This document shows, piece by piece, positions 1 through 12,757 of a stretch of DNA of 64,000 nucleotides; the first letter of the stretch is position 1, and each line of letters begins with the position of its first letter. Made by a program: the position numbers and the translations under genes. Source of the DNA: Octopus vulgaris (taxonomy: Eukaryota). The notes beneath the pieces are model-generated. The model made no database searches. It saw only the letters and a program-made list of their open reading frames with translations, and had not been told where the DNA came from. The DNA is taken from the NCBI GenBank assembly GCA_951406725.2, contig OX597817.1:20274001-20338000 (forward strand). The letters are read 5' to 3'.

Positions 1-206
1 TTGTGAATTTTTGGCAGCTTTAATAAGAAAGTATATGTATATAGGCACAGGAGTGGCTGCGTGGTAAGTAGCTTGCTTACCAAACACGTGGTTACGGGTT
101 CGGTCCCACTGCGTAGCACCTTGGTCAAGTGACTTCTACTATAGCCTCGGGCCGATCAAAGCCTTGTGAGTGGATTTGGTAGACGGGAAACTGAAAGAAA
201 CACGCC

Positions 207-244
<38 letters not shown>

Positions 245-248
<4 letters not shown>

Positions 249-515
249 AATTGCAGCGTGGAAGGTGTTTGTAAGCCATTTAAGAAATACACAAAAGCCG
301 TTCGATTCACTTTAACATATGAGTTTAATTTGTCAAAATATTTTCGTCGCTATAAGACCGAGACCTGTTCACTGACAAAAATCCGTGCAGCACGGATTTT
401 TGTCTTATTGCGACGAAAATATTTTGAGAAATTAAACTTATATGTTGAAGTGAATCGATTGGCTTTTGTGTGTTTCTTAAATGGCTTACAAACACCTTCC
501 ACGCTGCAATTGTTT
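245..515. repeat. ~270-bp palindrome centred at 389; probable inverted PLE terminal repeats
   Basis: AAACAATTGCAGCGTGGAAGGTGTTTGTAAGCC… is mirrored by …GGCTTACAAACACCTTCCACGCTGCAATTGTTT. The centre is GACAAAAATCCGTGC-A-GCACGGATTTTTGTC. Confidence 0.9.
329..379 (-). ncRNA. putative minimal type-I hammerhead ribozyme, G3-C8 core variant
   Basis: Minus strand reads TTTGTCA-GTGAACA-G-GTCTC..GCGAC-GAA-AATATT-T-TGACAAA: 7-bp stem I, stem II with one mismatch, palindromic stem III. Confidence 0.6.
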
Positions 516-561
516 TCGTTCCAGCATACGATCTCAGATCAAATCACTTGCTATGCAAGTA

Positions 562-602
<41 letters not shown>

Positions 603-1330
603 ATATATATATATACATACATACATACATATATATTTATGTGTGTGCGTTTGTCTCACCAACATCGCTAGACAACCGATGCTGGTGTGTATACGTCCCC
701 GTAACTTAGAGGTTCGGCAAAGAGACCGATAGAATAAATGTTAGGCTTATAACGAAGAAGTCCTGAGGTCGATTAGCTCGGTTGAAGGCGGTGCACTAGC
801 ATGGCTGCAGTCAAATGACTGAAACAAATAGAAGAATAAAAGAATATATATATGCTTCAACTCCATCGTTCATTGCACAGTGATAACAGAACTCCTAGGG
901 CTTTCTTCAATAATGCACTCCCAGATACACATAGACACGCTAACAAACACGGTTACTCTCTGCTCAAAGCTATCCAATCACTTACCCCGTGTTTGGCAAC
1001 CGTAACGAGTTATATTGTTAGGAGGAGAACAATTTACAACACGAAGATCACAAAATATTGAATTTGTCTGTATAATCGAAAGATAAAACTGCCTTTACAT
1101 ATATTGTATTGATCTCGAATTCATAAAATATGTGAGTATGTATAAACACACCTAAACCTATGAATATAGATATATATCTATGCGTGCGTGTATGAATGCG
1201 TTCGAGTCGGTGTATGAATGTAAATATGTCTGTGCGTGCATGATGTGTGATGTACGTGTGTGTGTGTGAGAGTGTAAGTGAGGGAGATAGAGAGATAAAG
1301 AGAGAGAGAGAGAGAGAAAGAAAAAGAGAA

Positions 1331-1361
<31 letters not shown>

Positions 1362-2110
1362 AAGAGAGAGAGATAGAGCATGTGTGTATGTATGAATATG
1401 TAAGTATGAACTTAAATTAAGTTTAGTTTTAGGTTGATATGAAGAGATTTAAAATAAATAATTTTACTCATATATGCATTACAAAAATATTGTGCATTAC
1501 ATTGCATGTCTAGTTCGGAAATTCTGTTATGGAACCAATATAAATTTGATATTTATTAGAATGTATGACATATTCTTGACACTAAATCAATATTTTAGCG
1601 AACTGTAGTTGAAAAATATTTGAAAAATATATCAATCAAGTAGTCTTTTATCTCTTCGAAGAAATATATTTAAAACTATAAAAGGAGATTATCAAGTAAG
1701 GTAAAGTGATTTTGATGAAAAAAACACGATTTGTAGACACGTAAAATATTTTCAGTATGAACATATACTAAATTATTGAGAAGCGAGTGCAAACAAGAAT
1801 ATATAAGCATACACTTATGCTACATATATATTGACATACTTGTTTGTGCCTATGAACATATGAAAAGATCTCGCTCTGACTTTGTATATACGTATACACT
1901 CGCTTATTCAATTATATCACAATATAATTTCATATATGCATTAGATCGTCAAGTTTTGTAGCCCTACTTTCAAGGTTTTGCATCTTTTCAAAGCTGTTCT
2001 AAGTAGGTGGCTGAAGCTTAAATCTGATATTCCACTTATGTTATGTCTCCGACCATCTTAGAAATACACTCCACGCTACTGCATAATGTAAATGGTATAA
2101 GTAAGTAGTT

Positions 2111-2346
2111 AAGGCGGCGAGCTGGCAGAAACTCTAGCACGCCGGGCCAAATGCTTAGCAGTATTTCGTCTGCCGCTACGTTGTAAGTTCAAATTCCGCC
2201 GAGGTCGACTTTGCCTTTCATCCTTTCGGGGTCGATTAAATAAGTACCAGTTAGGCACTGGGGTCGCTGTAATCGACTTAATCCGTTTGTCTGCCCTTGT
2301 TTGTCCCCTCTGTATTTAGTCCCTTGTGGGTAGTAAAGAAATAGGT
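2111..2346 (+). mobile_element. SINE family B
   Basis: AAGGCGGCGAGCTGGCAGAA head and GAGGTCGACTTTGCCTTTCATCCTTTCGGGGTCGAT core. GGTATAAGTAAGT occurs on both sides (2094 and 2344). Homolog at 56125-56535. Confidence 0.85.
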
Positions 2347-2586
2347 ATAAGTAAGTTGTGGGTTGTCATTTCTTTGATATGATACTTGTATTGTGTATAG
2401 ATGGGGTATGTTGACTATCTTCTGTTAATATTCTAACACGAATTAATATCTGTACAGTACAGTTACAATTGCTACAGAGGTTTATTAAAACAGAATACAT
2501 AATTAACTTCAGAATGCTTAATTGCTGTATTTTGCCAATAGTTGTCATGATCAATACACGAGTGCATGTGTGCGTGCACACACCCA

Positions 2587-2690
<104 letters not shown>

Positions 2691-2714
2691 TAGCTAGATA
2701 GCTATATATCTGTC

Positions 2715-5700
2715 TCCACGTTCCACAACACATCATGGGAAGCCAAAAAAAAAAAACGACAAAAAAAAAACAAAACAATTATATACAAAGTTATCATCAT
2801 CAAGACAAGACGACCGGAAAGTAACCCGCAGCAAAAAATAGGAAAATACCTTCACCCTGTATGGGCTCACATGGAATACGTCAAATGGTGGCATAAATTT
2901 GGTAAGTTCAATAAGTTTCCACAATTAAAATCTAGTGAAACGATTTTCCACATTGGCTCTGCATACAGATGACTTGGTCATGATACCGACTGGTTTAGAT
3001 CAGCGGGTGACGAAAGTCACAATAAAATGCGCCACCAAAAGTAGAGACACAATGTCTAGTCTCTGCCATCTATTTGGAAATGGCAGAAACAAGCATTCTC
3101 GAAATCGCTGTTGTAGAACAGCATAACTGGGTGAGAAAAACAATTCAATTACTTCTTCAAATTGATGAACAACAACAGAGAAGATACCCACCACAATAGT
3201 ACTGCCAGAAGGCTACAAACTAAAGGTTCTGGTGGAGGGCAGGCAACTACGCTGCTATCTGTACGGCAGTGAAACACATTTGAAAAAGAAGTGTGCAACC
3301 GACGCAAAAGAAGAGCAACAACAACAACCACCACCAGAACCAAAACAATCCGAGAAAAAAGCACTAATACCCACAATACCATCAACAGAGAAGACGACAG
3401 AAGAAGTACACCTAGCAACATCCATCAACAATCGAAAATGATGCAACAACTGAGAAAATACCTGAGGAAATACCAACACCACCACCAACAGCAAGGACTA
3501 AAGGAACAGAAAAAGAAAAAAAATACAGAGGCGCAGGAGTGGCTGTGTGGTAAGTAGCTTGCTAACCAACCACATGGTTCCGGGTTCTGTCCCACTGCGT
3601 GGAATCTTGGGCAAGTGTCTTCTGCTATAGCCCTTGTGAGTGGATTTGGTAGACGGAAACTGAAAGAAGCCTGTCGCATATATGTATATATATTTATGTA
3701 TGTGTGTGTGTGTTTGTGTGTGTGTGTTTGTCCCCCTAGCATTGCTTGACAACCGATGCTGGTGTGTTTACGTCCCCGACACTTAACGGTTCGGCAAATG
3801 AGACCGATATAATAAGTACTGGGCTTACAAAAAGAATAAGTCACGGGCTCGAGTTGCTCGATTAAAGGCGGTGCTCCAGCATGGAGAGTGAAAAGAGAGT
3901 GAAAGAGAGCTACCCCATCCCCTATACCACGCATACAAACCCAAACAATCAACAACCCACATCAACGAAAACAACAACACAACCACTTACACAAACGTAC
4001 ATAGAAGCCTACGACATGCCCTTACCCCATTCTCATTCCTCAGAAATTCCGTCGGAAGACGAAAGCAGTGAGGAATGGCAAATAGCCAAAAAAAGGAACG
4101 AGGAAAGGGAGCAAAAAAGAACCAAACCAAATGCAAACGCGAACATCTCCCGAAGAGATTTCGAAACCTACAACAAACAACAGCAACAGAAACACCAACA
4201 CCACAAAAATATATGCAGCAAACATGCTCAATGCTATAGATACTAAAAACACAGAGTTGATGGAATACATCAAATCAAAAACAAACATAACAAAAGATGA
4301 CGTAAAAACAACCACCGATACACAACACCATCGGAGCACATCAAAATGCTACACATCTTACGAAGCCTACACCACACAATAAAATGCATTTTCCCCTGTG
4401 CGGTTAGTAAAGGCCAAAAATACCTTACGAAAAAACTGTATTGGAATCTCATCGATGACAAACCGAAGGAGGTGAAAGCAAAAACTTTCGAACAGTAAGT
4501 AACTCTCTGTTGCTTTCATTTGTGTTTCAACTCACTAGGAATATGGTCAAGATTGGCTGCATGAATGCGCGGGGCTTGGGTTCCACTTGGAAACAAGGAT
4601 ATTTCTTAAATGACATAAAGATACACACAAGTTAGAAATCATACCCATAAGTAAGATCAGACTTCATAATCCATGGGACCTAAAGTCCATGTTTGGCAGA
4701 AAGTTAAACATTTATTTTTCTCCCTGTCCGCCGAGAATGGGCGGTAGTGGCACCGCGGTACTTTTTCACAAGAGTCTGGATCTTGAAGTAAAGACAATAT
4801 TCATAGGCCCGGAAGGTAGACTAGTCATCCCGGATGTCGACAGCAGCAACGGGTGCGCTTTTCGACTAGTATCAGTCTACGCACCGCCTTTCGACGTCTA
4901 GAAGTATACCTAGGAACATCTCGTCCATTACTTTTAGTGGGGGATTTGAATGCTACCTTGGATACATATGTAGACTACGTCGGTAGAGATAGGATAGACG
5001 GGGATGCAAATGCCCCTGAGAAATGCTCAGACGCTTTCAACTGTCTGACAGGTACCGACTCGACCACCCGAATGCACCAACGTGGTCACGGAGTAACCGC
5101 ATCGGGTCGTCGATATCGTATCTAGATAGGATACAGTATAGGATAGTAGATAAAGATATCGTAGGGCGTCCACAAACCCACATAGTAAGCTAAACTGATC
5201 ACAAACTCGTAACGTGTAAGCTAGACTTAGATAAGACACATAGGCAGGGTCCCCGGTACTGGAAACTAAACGCCTCTTTCCTATCGAGACAGGTTTTCAG
5301 AGACCGGATTAGCATTAGAGGATCTTGACAGGAGCCATCATCAACAACAAATGGTGGTTTTCCCACAAGAGAGCAATAAAAGCAGAAGCGATTAGGCATA
5401 AAAAGCACTAGCCAAAGATAGAAACAGAGTAGAGGGCGACCTAGTTAAGAAGCTAGAAGAGGCGATTAAAAGTGGCATCGTATCCTACGTTTTGGCAATG
5501 AGTGTGTGTTGGCAGAGCTAGGATGAGTGCTCTAAGGAACGAAGGTGCTGGGTCCACGTGAGAGGCCCGGGTGGTGAAGGCGAAATATGGCAACATATTT
5601 ACCATTTGTTCTCTTGTAGATGAAGAGAATTGAGAATTACTCAAGCCAAGTAAAATGTGTGAGGCCTTTCAACAGGATTTTGCCCGACTATGATCGGAAT

Positions 5701-5787
5701 TCGACCCATGTTTTTTCCCCAAAAGAAAACCTCTACTTTATATTTTGTCCCCTCTGTGTTAAGCAATCTGTGCCCAATAAAGAAACA
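2715..5787 (+). mobile_element. degenerate Tx1-clade non-LTR retrotransposon (ORF1 and APE endonuclease; RT internally deleted; 3' end retained)
   Basis: ORF1 remnant with knuckle-like GRQLRCYLYGSETHLKKKC. ORF2 start MVKIGCMNARGLG near 4543, then LVSVYAP, LLLVGDLNATLD and YWKLNASFL motifs. Ends CCCAATAAAGAAACA-(TATC)n like the copy ending at 6955. Many stops and frameshifts. Confidence 0.85.
3529..3884 (+). mobile_element. SINE family A nested in Tx1 ORF1, lacking its 3' tail
   Basis: Closely matches the 52752 copy up to GTGCTCCAGCATGG. Confidence 0.9.
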
Positions 5788-5878
<91 letters not shown>

Positions 5879-6955
5879 GAGGGGAGGTACGACGACGAGC
5901 TCGGGGCGAACCTGGACGTCGACGAGGAGTACCTGACCCGCCTGTTCAGGACGACTTTCGGGCCAGGGCCCATGGACAACTTCCAGAGATCCCTGGCCTG
6001 GCAGTGTTACCGAGAAGCGCTACCCGTTCGGGATAAGCTCTACAGACACGGCTCGAGAAACACGGGGCCGACCTGCCCGAGATGCGGCCAGAGCGACGAA
6101 ACCGTTCTGCACGCACTCGTGCAGTGTCCAACAATTTCCGACCTGTGGGCTTGTGTCGAACAACTGCTGTCACGTGTGGGACGAGTCGGTTTATCAGCTG
6201 AGTCTATCGTCAATATTGTCACGCCTCCTTCCTTCAAACGGGAAGGAAGAGCTATTTTCATCATCCTTGTGGCTATGGCGAAAGAATGTATCTGGTGGAC
6301 GCGTCTGAAAGGATTGGAAACAAACACTTTCCTCTCTGGTCAATCTCTCATCAACTTCTTCAAGTACCACTTAAAAAGGAAAGTGAGAGTAGAGAGGCAA
6401 GTTTTGTCTAGCGAATGTTTTAAAAAAAGATGGGTGAATGTAGCAAGGATGGCACGTATGAATGACGAAGTCACCTTGAGCATAATCCTATGAACCCAGA
6501 AATTGAAAACAGAGGGTTACCCACTTGCAAACAGATGTGGTAACATATAACAATATTGACCAAGGTTACCGTGGTCTTTTTCGTAGGCTTTTCTTCCCAC
6601 GGATAAACCTTACTTGCTTTTCCCTTTACACCATATATCATAACACTGTGATACACGATCCCTATTGATCGTTCCTTTGTTTTTTTCCTCTTCCCCTTTT
6701 ATTTCCACTTTTTCTTCTTTTTTCATTTCTCTTTTCTTTTGTTCCTTTCCCTTTCTTTTTTTTCTTTTATTCTTTTTATTTTTTATTCTATTTTTTTTCT
6801 TCTTTTTTATTTTTTTTTGTTCTTTTCTTCCCTTTTACGATCCCTTTTGATCGAAAACCTACGCCACCCCCTTTTTTTCATCCCCCAAAAAGAAAAGCTC
6901 CACCTTGTAACTTGTCCCATCTGTGTGCAGCCCTGTGTGGCCAATAAAGAAACTT
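5879..6955 (+). mobile_element. 5'-truncated Tx1-clade LINE: ORF2 C-terminal zf-RVT region plus 3' UTR
   Basis: Open frame to 6493 with LPVRDKL…CPRCGQSDETVLHALVQC…AKECIWWTR. T-rich UTR, then AATAAA and (TATC)n; (TATC)n also lies upstream. Confidence 0.9.
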
Positions 6956-6983
6956 ATCTATCTATCTATTTATCTATCTATCT

Positions 6984-7014
<31 letters not shown>

Positions 7015-7034
7015 TATCTATCTATCTATCGATA

Positions 7035-7113
<79 letters not shown>

Positions 7114-8995
7114 ATACAGATTAACATCAGACAATATTTCTAAATACTGTGCAGGAGCAGCTAGGATTTGTACGTTCTTTCTTCATTATCAATAAGTATA
7201 TATCAAATTTTGTGCAATAAAATGTTATATCGTTAATACCAACTTTCCAGTAAAGAATATGAGTTTGTATAAGAGTTGTCTGTAAAGGAAACACACGTTG
7301 TTCAATATGGTATGCCTGTAGGGCTTGAAATTGATCCCTATCGTATTGCGTCTATGAAAAGTAGTAAATCGAAAATAAATTGAGGAATGACTTTAAACAC
7401 TATGTAAAGAATTCCATTTTATGGATAGTTCTTTCGATTGATTTTCTTGTGATACTTCTAGTTTATATTGCAGCGATCCTTAACATTTAATGTTAATTCC
7501 CAGTATCTTCAGCAGCAACAGCAGTTCAGTGTAGTGGAGAAAATCTGACGCTAATAATAATGAAAGCAGATAACCGAACATTATATAATCCAATTGCAGA
7601 ATGGTTGCAAGTATGTTAGTATGGAGATTTATTACCTTGCGAGTTCACTACGATATTTACAGAGATTATTCAATGCATATACTACAGGAATGATATGCTT
7701 TACGCATCCGCATGGTTACACAAAGATGTATGAAGATAAAGAGCACATTTAGATATCGAGACGATTATTCGCCTAGAAGAATTAGTGATACAAAGAAAGC
7801 TGCTACTATATTACCTGCCGATTTCTAGAAAACCAGATAAAACTCTCGGCATAAACAACGTTACGAGGCATATCTATGCATTTGTGATATCACACAGTAC
7901 AGAAATGAAACTAAATTGTGCAACAATTCATGAAGTATAAATAAATCGTTTTATATATTAAATATTCAACTTCACTAGAAATATATTTTAGCCTGAAATA
8001 CATTTCCCAAAATAAATATCCCTATTTCGACCAATATATTTTTGAAATTACTACTGCACGCATTACGTTGGCGAAACTGAAATTATATATTTACCAGTCT
8101 TCTTTAAAGATGAAAATCTATCAATAAACCTGTAAGGATATTTTACAAAATTTAGCTTATGATTTACGTAATTACTAATTAAATTAAATGATAAGGATAA
8201 AATTGGGTTGTTGCCAGATTGGAATAAATATCTTTCGAAGAACATAAAATATGATTTTTCACTTGTGAATGGATAGGTATTTAGCGGGTCATATTTCAGC
8301 TTCTACCTTATACCCTTCTATTAACATATTGAAAATAAATCGATGTGAACTAATGCGGTCGTCTCTGATTCTTTACTTAAACTTTTTACGGCTTGCAGCA
8401 AAATTTCTTAAACTGAACCACGCTTTACATTGTTTAAAACGGTTATGTATAAATTGGATAACATAGATACAAATTGTATACAGTAAACTAAAAAGATGAC
8501 TGAAAAGGCGAGTGGAAAAAATATCTTTCAGTTCTCATTGGGTCTGTCGAACTACAACTGGTATGTTATTGATAAAAAATAACGGCGTGGTCAAGGGACG
8601 ACATAATTTAGTGCTTAAAAATAAAGAAAATTATTTTAATTTCGTTAAGAACCCAGATCGTAATTCATGGATCGTAACACACAGACACCCAGAGACACAA
8701 GAACGCACACATGCACTCACACACATATATATAGTTAAGATGTGCATTGTGTGCAAGACAAACATACAGTTTACATAAGAGATCAACATACAAAATTCTC
8801 CTGATTTGAAGTATTCCTTGTTTTCTAAAGCTCGGTAGCTTAAAGGGAATTTTCCCGCTGAACTATGTTGCAGCCAATGGGCGCATAAATTTAACACATG
8901 CAGTAAGTATGTGACATCAACACAATAATGTTTGCATTATTACAGCTGCGTAAAATTCAAATTTGGCACTTAAATTCAATATATATATATATGCA

Positions 8996-9644
8996 CTAGC
9001 AGCTAAACCCGGTTTCACCCGGTCGTTTAGGATGTTGTGGCTGTAAAACCAGCTCTCTGTGAGCATTCGACTTGTTTGGGTACGCGACGGTTAAAAAACA
9101 AATTTAGATGATTTTTTCTGTCAAAACGCTAAAAATAACTGGGCAAAAAAAATATTCAACAAATCAGAAATAAACCTACGTAGAAAGCGAACAAAATTCA
9201 AAACAATAGAAACAAACATAAACAGTAAAACAAAAATTAAAAGAAATAAAAAAAATGGGTAAAAATACTTTAAAATTTTCAAAGGTAAAAAAACAACAAA
9301 AATAATAGCTAAACAATATTCGATGGCTCAACTTCAATGCGAAATATTACACAAAATTTAAAAACCAAAGTATAAAAAGCGGTCTCAAACTGGAAAACAA
9401 ATAACTGAAACACTACAAAGAACGACTTCACAAAACATCCCACTTCCATTGCGCGCCCACACGCACACAGACACGCACACACACATCCACATACCCTCGT
9501 TTACATCCACACACATATATTCACACAGCGTTGAAACGCTGTTTGATTTATTTTTTCGACGTACTATTTTCATCATTCCACTACTAAGTATGACATCACC
9601 CCCTTCTTTCTACTTCATAAACACAAGAGTATCATTATAGTAGA
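8996..9644 (-). mobile_element. non-autonomous Helitron
   Basis: On the minus strand it starts A|TCTACTATAAT and ends with a CCGG-GTGAAA-CCGG hairpin then CTAG|T. The 5' end is inferred. Confidence 0.6.
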
Positions 9645-9784
9645 TTCTCTCGGTAACCATGGCAGGTATGAAGAAAATACAAAGCCCAGTATCACGACCG
9701 GATCATTCCACACATCTGTGTACTTTATTGCGGAATAACACCCAGCCGTTTGACCATGAATCCCAACACAATAAAGATGTCGCC

Positions 9785-9853
<69 letters not shown>

Positions 9854-9888
9854 ATGTGTGTGTGTATGTGTGTGTGTGCGTGTGTGTG

Positions 9889-12540
9889 TATAGTTGAAAT
9901 TTATAGAAAAACAAAAGACGAAGACAGGCGTATGAACAAGCAATTTATTAGTTTTACGCTCGGGAAAATGAAAAAGTCCTTTATGTTTCGGGTCGACGCT
10001 CTTCAACAGAAAGGAATAAGAGAAAATAAAGGGAGTGAGAATGAAAAAGGATTTGTAGATGTTAGCTGTCCAGCATGATGAATGATTGGGGGAAATATAA
10101 AGAAAGGGAAAATAATACAAACAAAATAATTTTGAATAAAAGTGAGATAAAGTGCTGGTGATCCCAAGAAAAAGGTGCGTTTGCGAGTATGTATATATGA
10201 GAATCATATCTGTGAGTGAGTGTGTGTGTGAATAGGGGTGAGTGACGCTGACGTGTGTGATTGTGTATGTGTGTAACGTGTGTGTGTAGCTGTAGATGTG
10301 TGCTTTCTCACGTGGTGTGTGTGTATGTCTGTGACCATACGGTGTGTATGGTATATATATGTGGACGAAAGTTGTCTTTGCCTATGCAAGTTACGTGTTT
10401 TAATGCGTGTCCCGTGTGTATGTATATATAGCATCTTTTCAGGTATTATCTACTTGCTTGGGTATAGGAGTGTAGGTATGGGAGTGTGGTGTATGTTAAC
10501 TGAGTTAAACAATGCCTTTCGATGCTCATATAGTAGTATCTTATGTGACGCTATTGAATATTGTGGGTCGGTGATGATATGTGGCATAGGTGCTGGGAAG
10601 TGGTCAGTGTTAGTGTGTGTGGAGTGCTGTGGGGTTCTTATCAAATGAAGAGAGGATTTGAGGTTGGTGTCAAATGAAGAGAGGAGGTGAGTTGAGCTCA
10701 TGTGGCGCAAAGGAGCAAAGAGAAAAGATTAATTCCTATTCATATCACGCGTGCGCGTGTCCGTTTGGCCCCTGTGCAAAGACAGTCGGGAGAGAGACAG
10801 ATGTTCTAGTGAATGACAGGTAGAGCGGAAATATCGCGTGACCGGCGTGTCATTGCCGAGCCTGCTGCCTAGGAGATGCCAAGCGGCGTCCCGTTTGACA
10901 AATTTACAGGGAAGGACAGAGAGAGCAGGAGATGCTGCTGGTAGAAGTGCAGGTAATGGAGTTGGTGATATGAGAGGGACGATGATGGGTGCTTGGAGGA
11001 TGGTGGTGTTGGAGCGATCGGAGCAGGTGTGACAGCGGGGGCAGGGGGGCGAACGAGCCAGGCTGGTAGGTTAATTTAGGAAACAAACTATGTACAAGGG
11101 GGCTAGGCAGGTTATGGGCTCCTTTGAAGGTTGGGGAAGATGAGCGAGGTGAAGAGAGCGGACTGAAGTTGCCGGAAGGCTGACGTTGGTGCGTTGGAGG
11201 GGCAGTGTTGTGGGTTGGTAGCGTAGGGCACACTGAAGACGGCAACGGTAGGGCCGGTATGAGGCGAAAGAGTAGATGCATAGTCCACAGATCGTGCCTT
11301 GGCAAGGGAAGTGTGGATAGTGGTGAGAGAATATCCACTAAGGATGAAATGGTGAGCCATGAGTTGAGACTGAGTCTCAAAGTCATGGTTGTCACTGCAG
11401 AGCTTGCGCAGACGGAGGAATTGGGAGTAGCGAATGGAGAGCTTGCTATGGGTAAAGTAGTACGAGAAGTTACGGTAGGAGTGTCCGTCAGTGTGTTTGT
11501 AGTGGATTGAAGTAGTGAGGGCGGAATGGTGTATTCTAACAGAATTGACGAGAAATCCGATGGAAGAATTAGAAATAGTGCAGGAGAATTTGGGGGTAGG
11601 ATGGAAGGATTGGATAGAAGAGAAGAAGGAGTCTAGTTGTTCGACGGAGAGTGAGGGCACACCGATACACTCATCGATATAACGGTCGTATAGTTCGGGT
11701 TTGGGACTAGTGAATTGTGAGAACATTTGTGTTTCAAAGTAGTCAATGAAACGTTCGCATAGATGGGAACCATTTTCATTCCCGTGGCCACTCTCGAGCA
11801 TTGATGGTAAAAATCCCCCGCGAAAGAGACACACTTGAGGGAGAGAACAAGTTCGGCCAGACGAAGAAGTGTGGAGGTTGTGTGTGTGTGTGGGGGGGAT
11901 ATCAAGAGTGAAGAGAAACTTAGAGAGGCTTGAAGAGAAGGAGAAAGAGTTAAAAAAACGAACAGCATGATTAGTGCGTGGCTGTTGGAGTAGGGGGCAG
12001 CCTCCAGGAAGGTAATGACATGGTTGATGTATTTGGAGATACTTTTTGTGGGACAGTTGCAGGTGGAGAGGATAGGGCGGCCAGTGTTGTTGTGCTTGTG
12101 AATTTTGGGAAGTAAATAAATAGTAGGGACGCATGGAGTTCGGACAACGAGGTTGAAGGCGGCGGAGGCATACCGGAGGAGAAAATGAGGTCATGAATAT
12201 TGAAAGACACAGTTGGTATTTAGGCATGGGTTTGGAGTGTAGAGGGCAGTATGCATCACACCAACACAGTTCCACCATTGTCGGTTGGTTTTATGATGAT
12301 ACCTTTGCGGCGTCTGAGACATCTACGGGCTGAGATTTCGGGCGGAGAAATGTTAAAATGTCCAGGACGTCTACGAAAGCTGAACCAGTCCACAACACTT
12401 TAGCAGATGCTTGCAAAAGGATCAACTGCTTGGAACTGGCCAGGAGCTAGCGTCCATTGGGATGGTTGACAGTCTAGGTCGGTGAAGCAGTCCTCTTCCT
12501 TAGATGAATGTGGAGCGTTGTAGAATAGAGCATATTACCT
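9889..12540 (-). mobile_element. degenerate Penelope-like element (RT, GIY-YIG remnant, 3' terminal repeat)
   Basis: Motifs IIIKPTD (KPADKG-like), VATGMKMVPIYAN, YDRYIDE, TTSIHYKHTD, SIRYSQFLRLRKLCS, ISCSLCPSL and LIFSLCSFAPHELN. The terminal segment 9889-10020 is homologous to 51001-51110. Confidence 0.85.
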
Positions 12541-12757
12541 TATGCAGCGCACAAAGAGAAATTTAAAGGGGCCAGATGCTCGTCGACTCGGTTACAGAAA
12601 TCGACTTCCAGCCAGATTCTAGATGTGGCAAGAACGGTATGTCCGCTGCTTGGCTGCACAAGGTGACTATTACGAAGAAGATGATGTTACAACACAGGAA
12701 AATAAATTATTTTTCTATTAAGCTTAACTAGACAGGGAACATTCTTACACTACCTCG
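12530..12757 (+). mobile_element. mariner 3' remnant with TIR-like end
   Basis: MWQERYVRCLAAQGDYYEEDD is typical of a mariner transposase C-terminus. Ends …TACACTACCTCG|TA. Confidence 0.6.

Larger units (their letters stand above)
43..846 (+). mobile_element. SINE family A (tRNA-like head), interrupted in its internal (TA)n by a palindromic insert
   Basis: Head GGCACAGGAGTGGCTGCGTGGTAAG and B-box-like GGTTCGGTCCC. Same body and tail (…GCAGTCAAATGACTGAAACA) as the copies at 3529, 14730 and 52752. Confidence 0.85.

Noticed and set aside
5690-6493. 267-aa ORF as a gene
   Set aside because: It is a chance read-through from one Tx1 3' UTR across (TATC)n into the next element's ORF2 tail.
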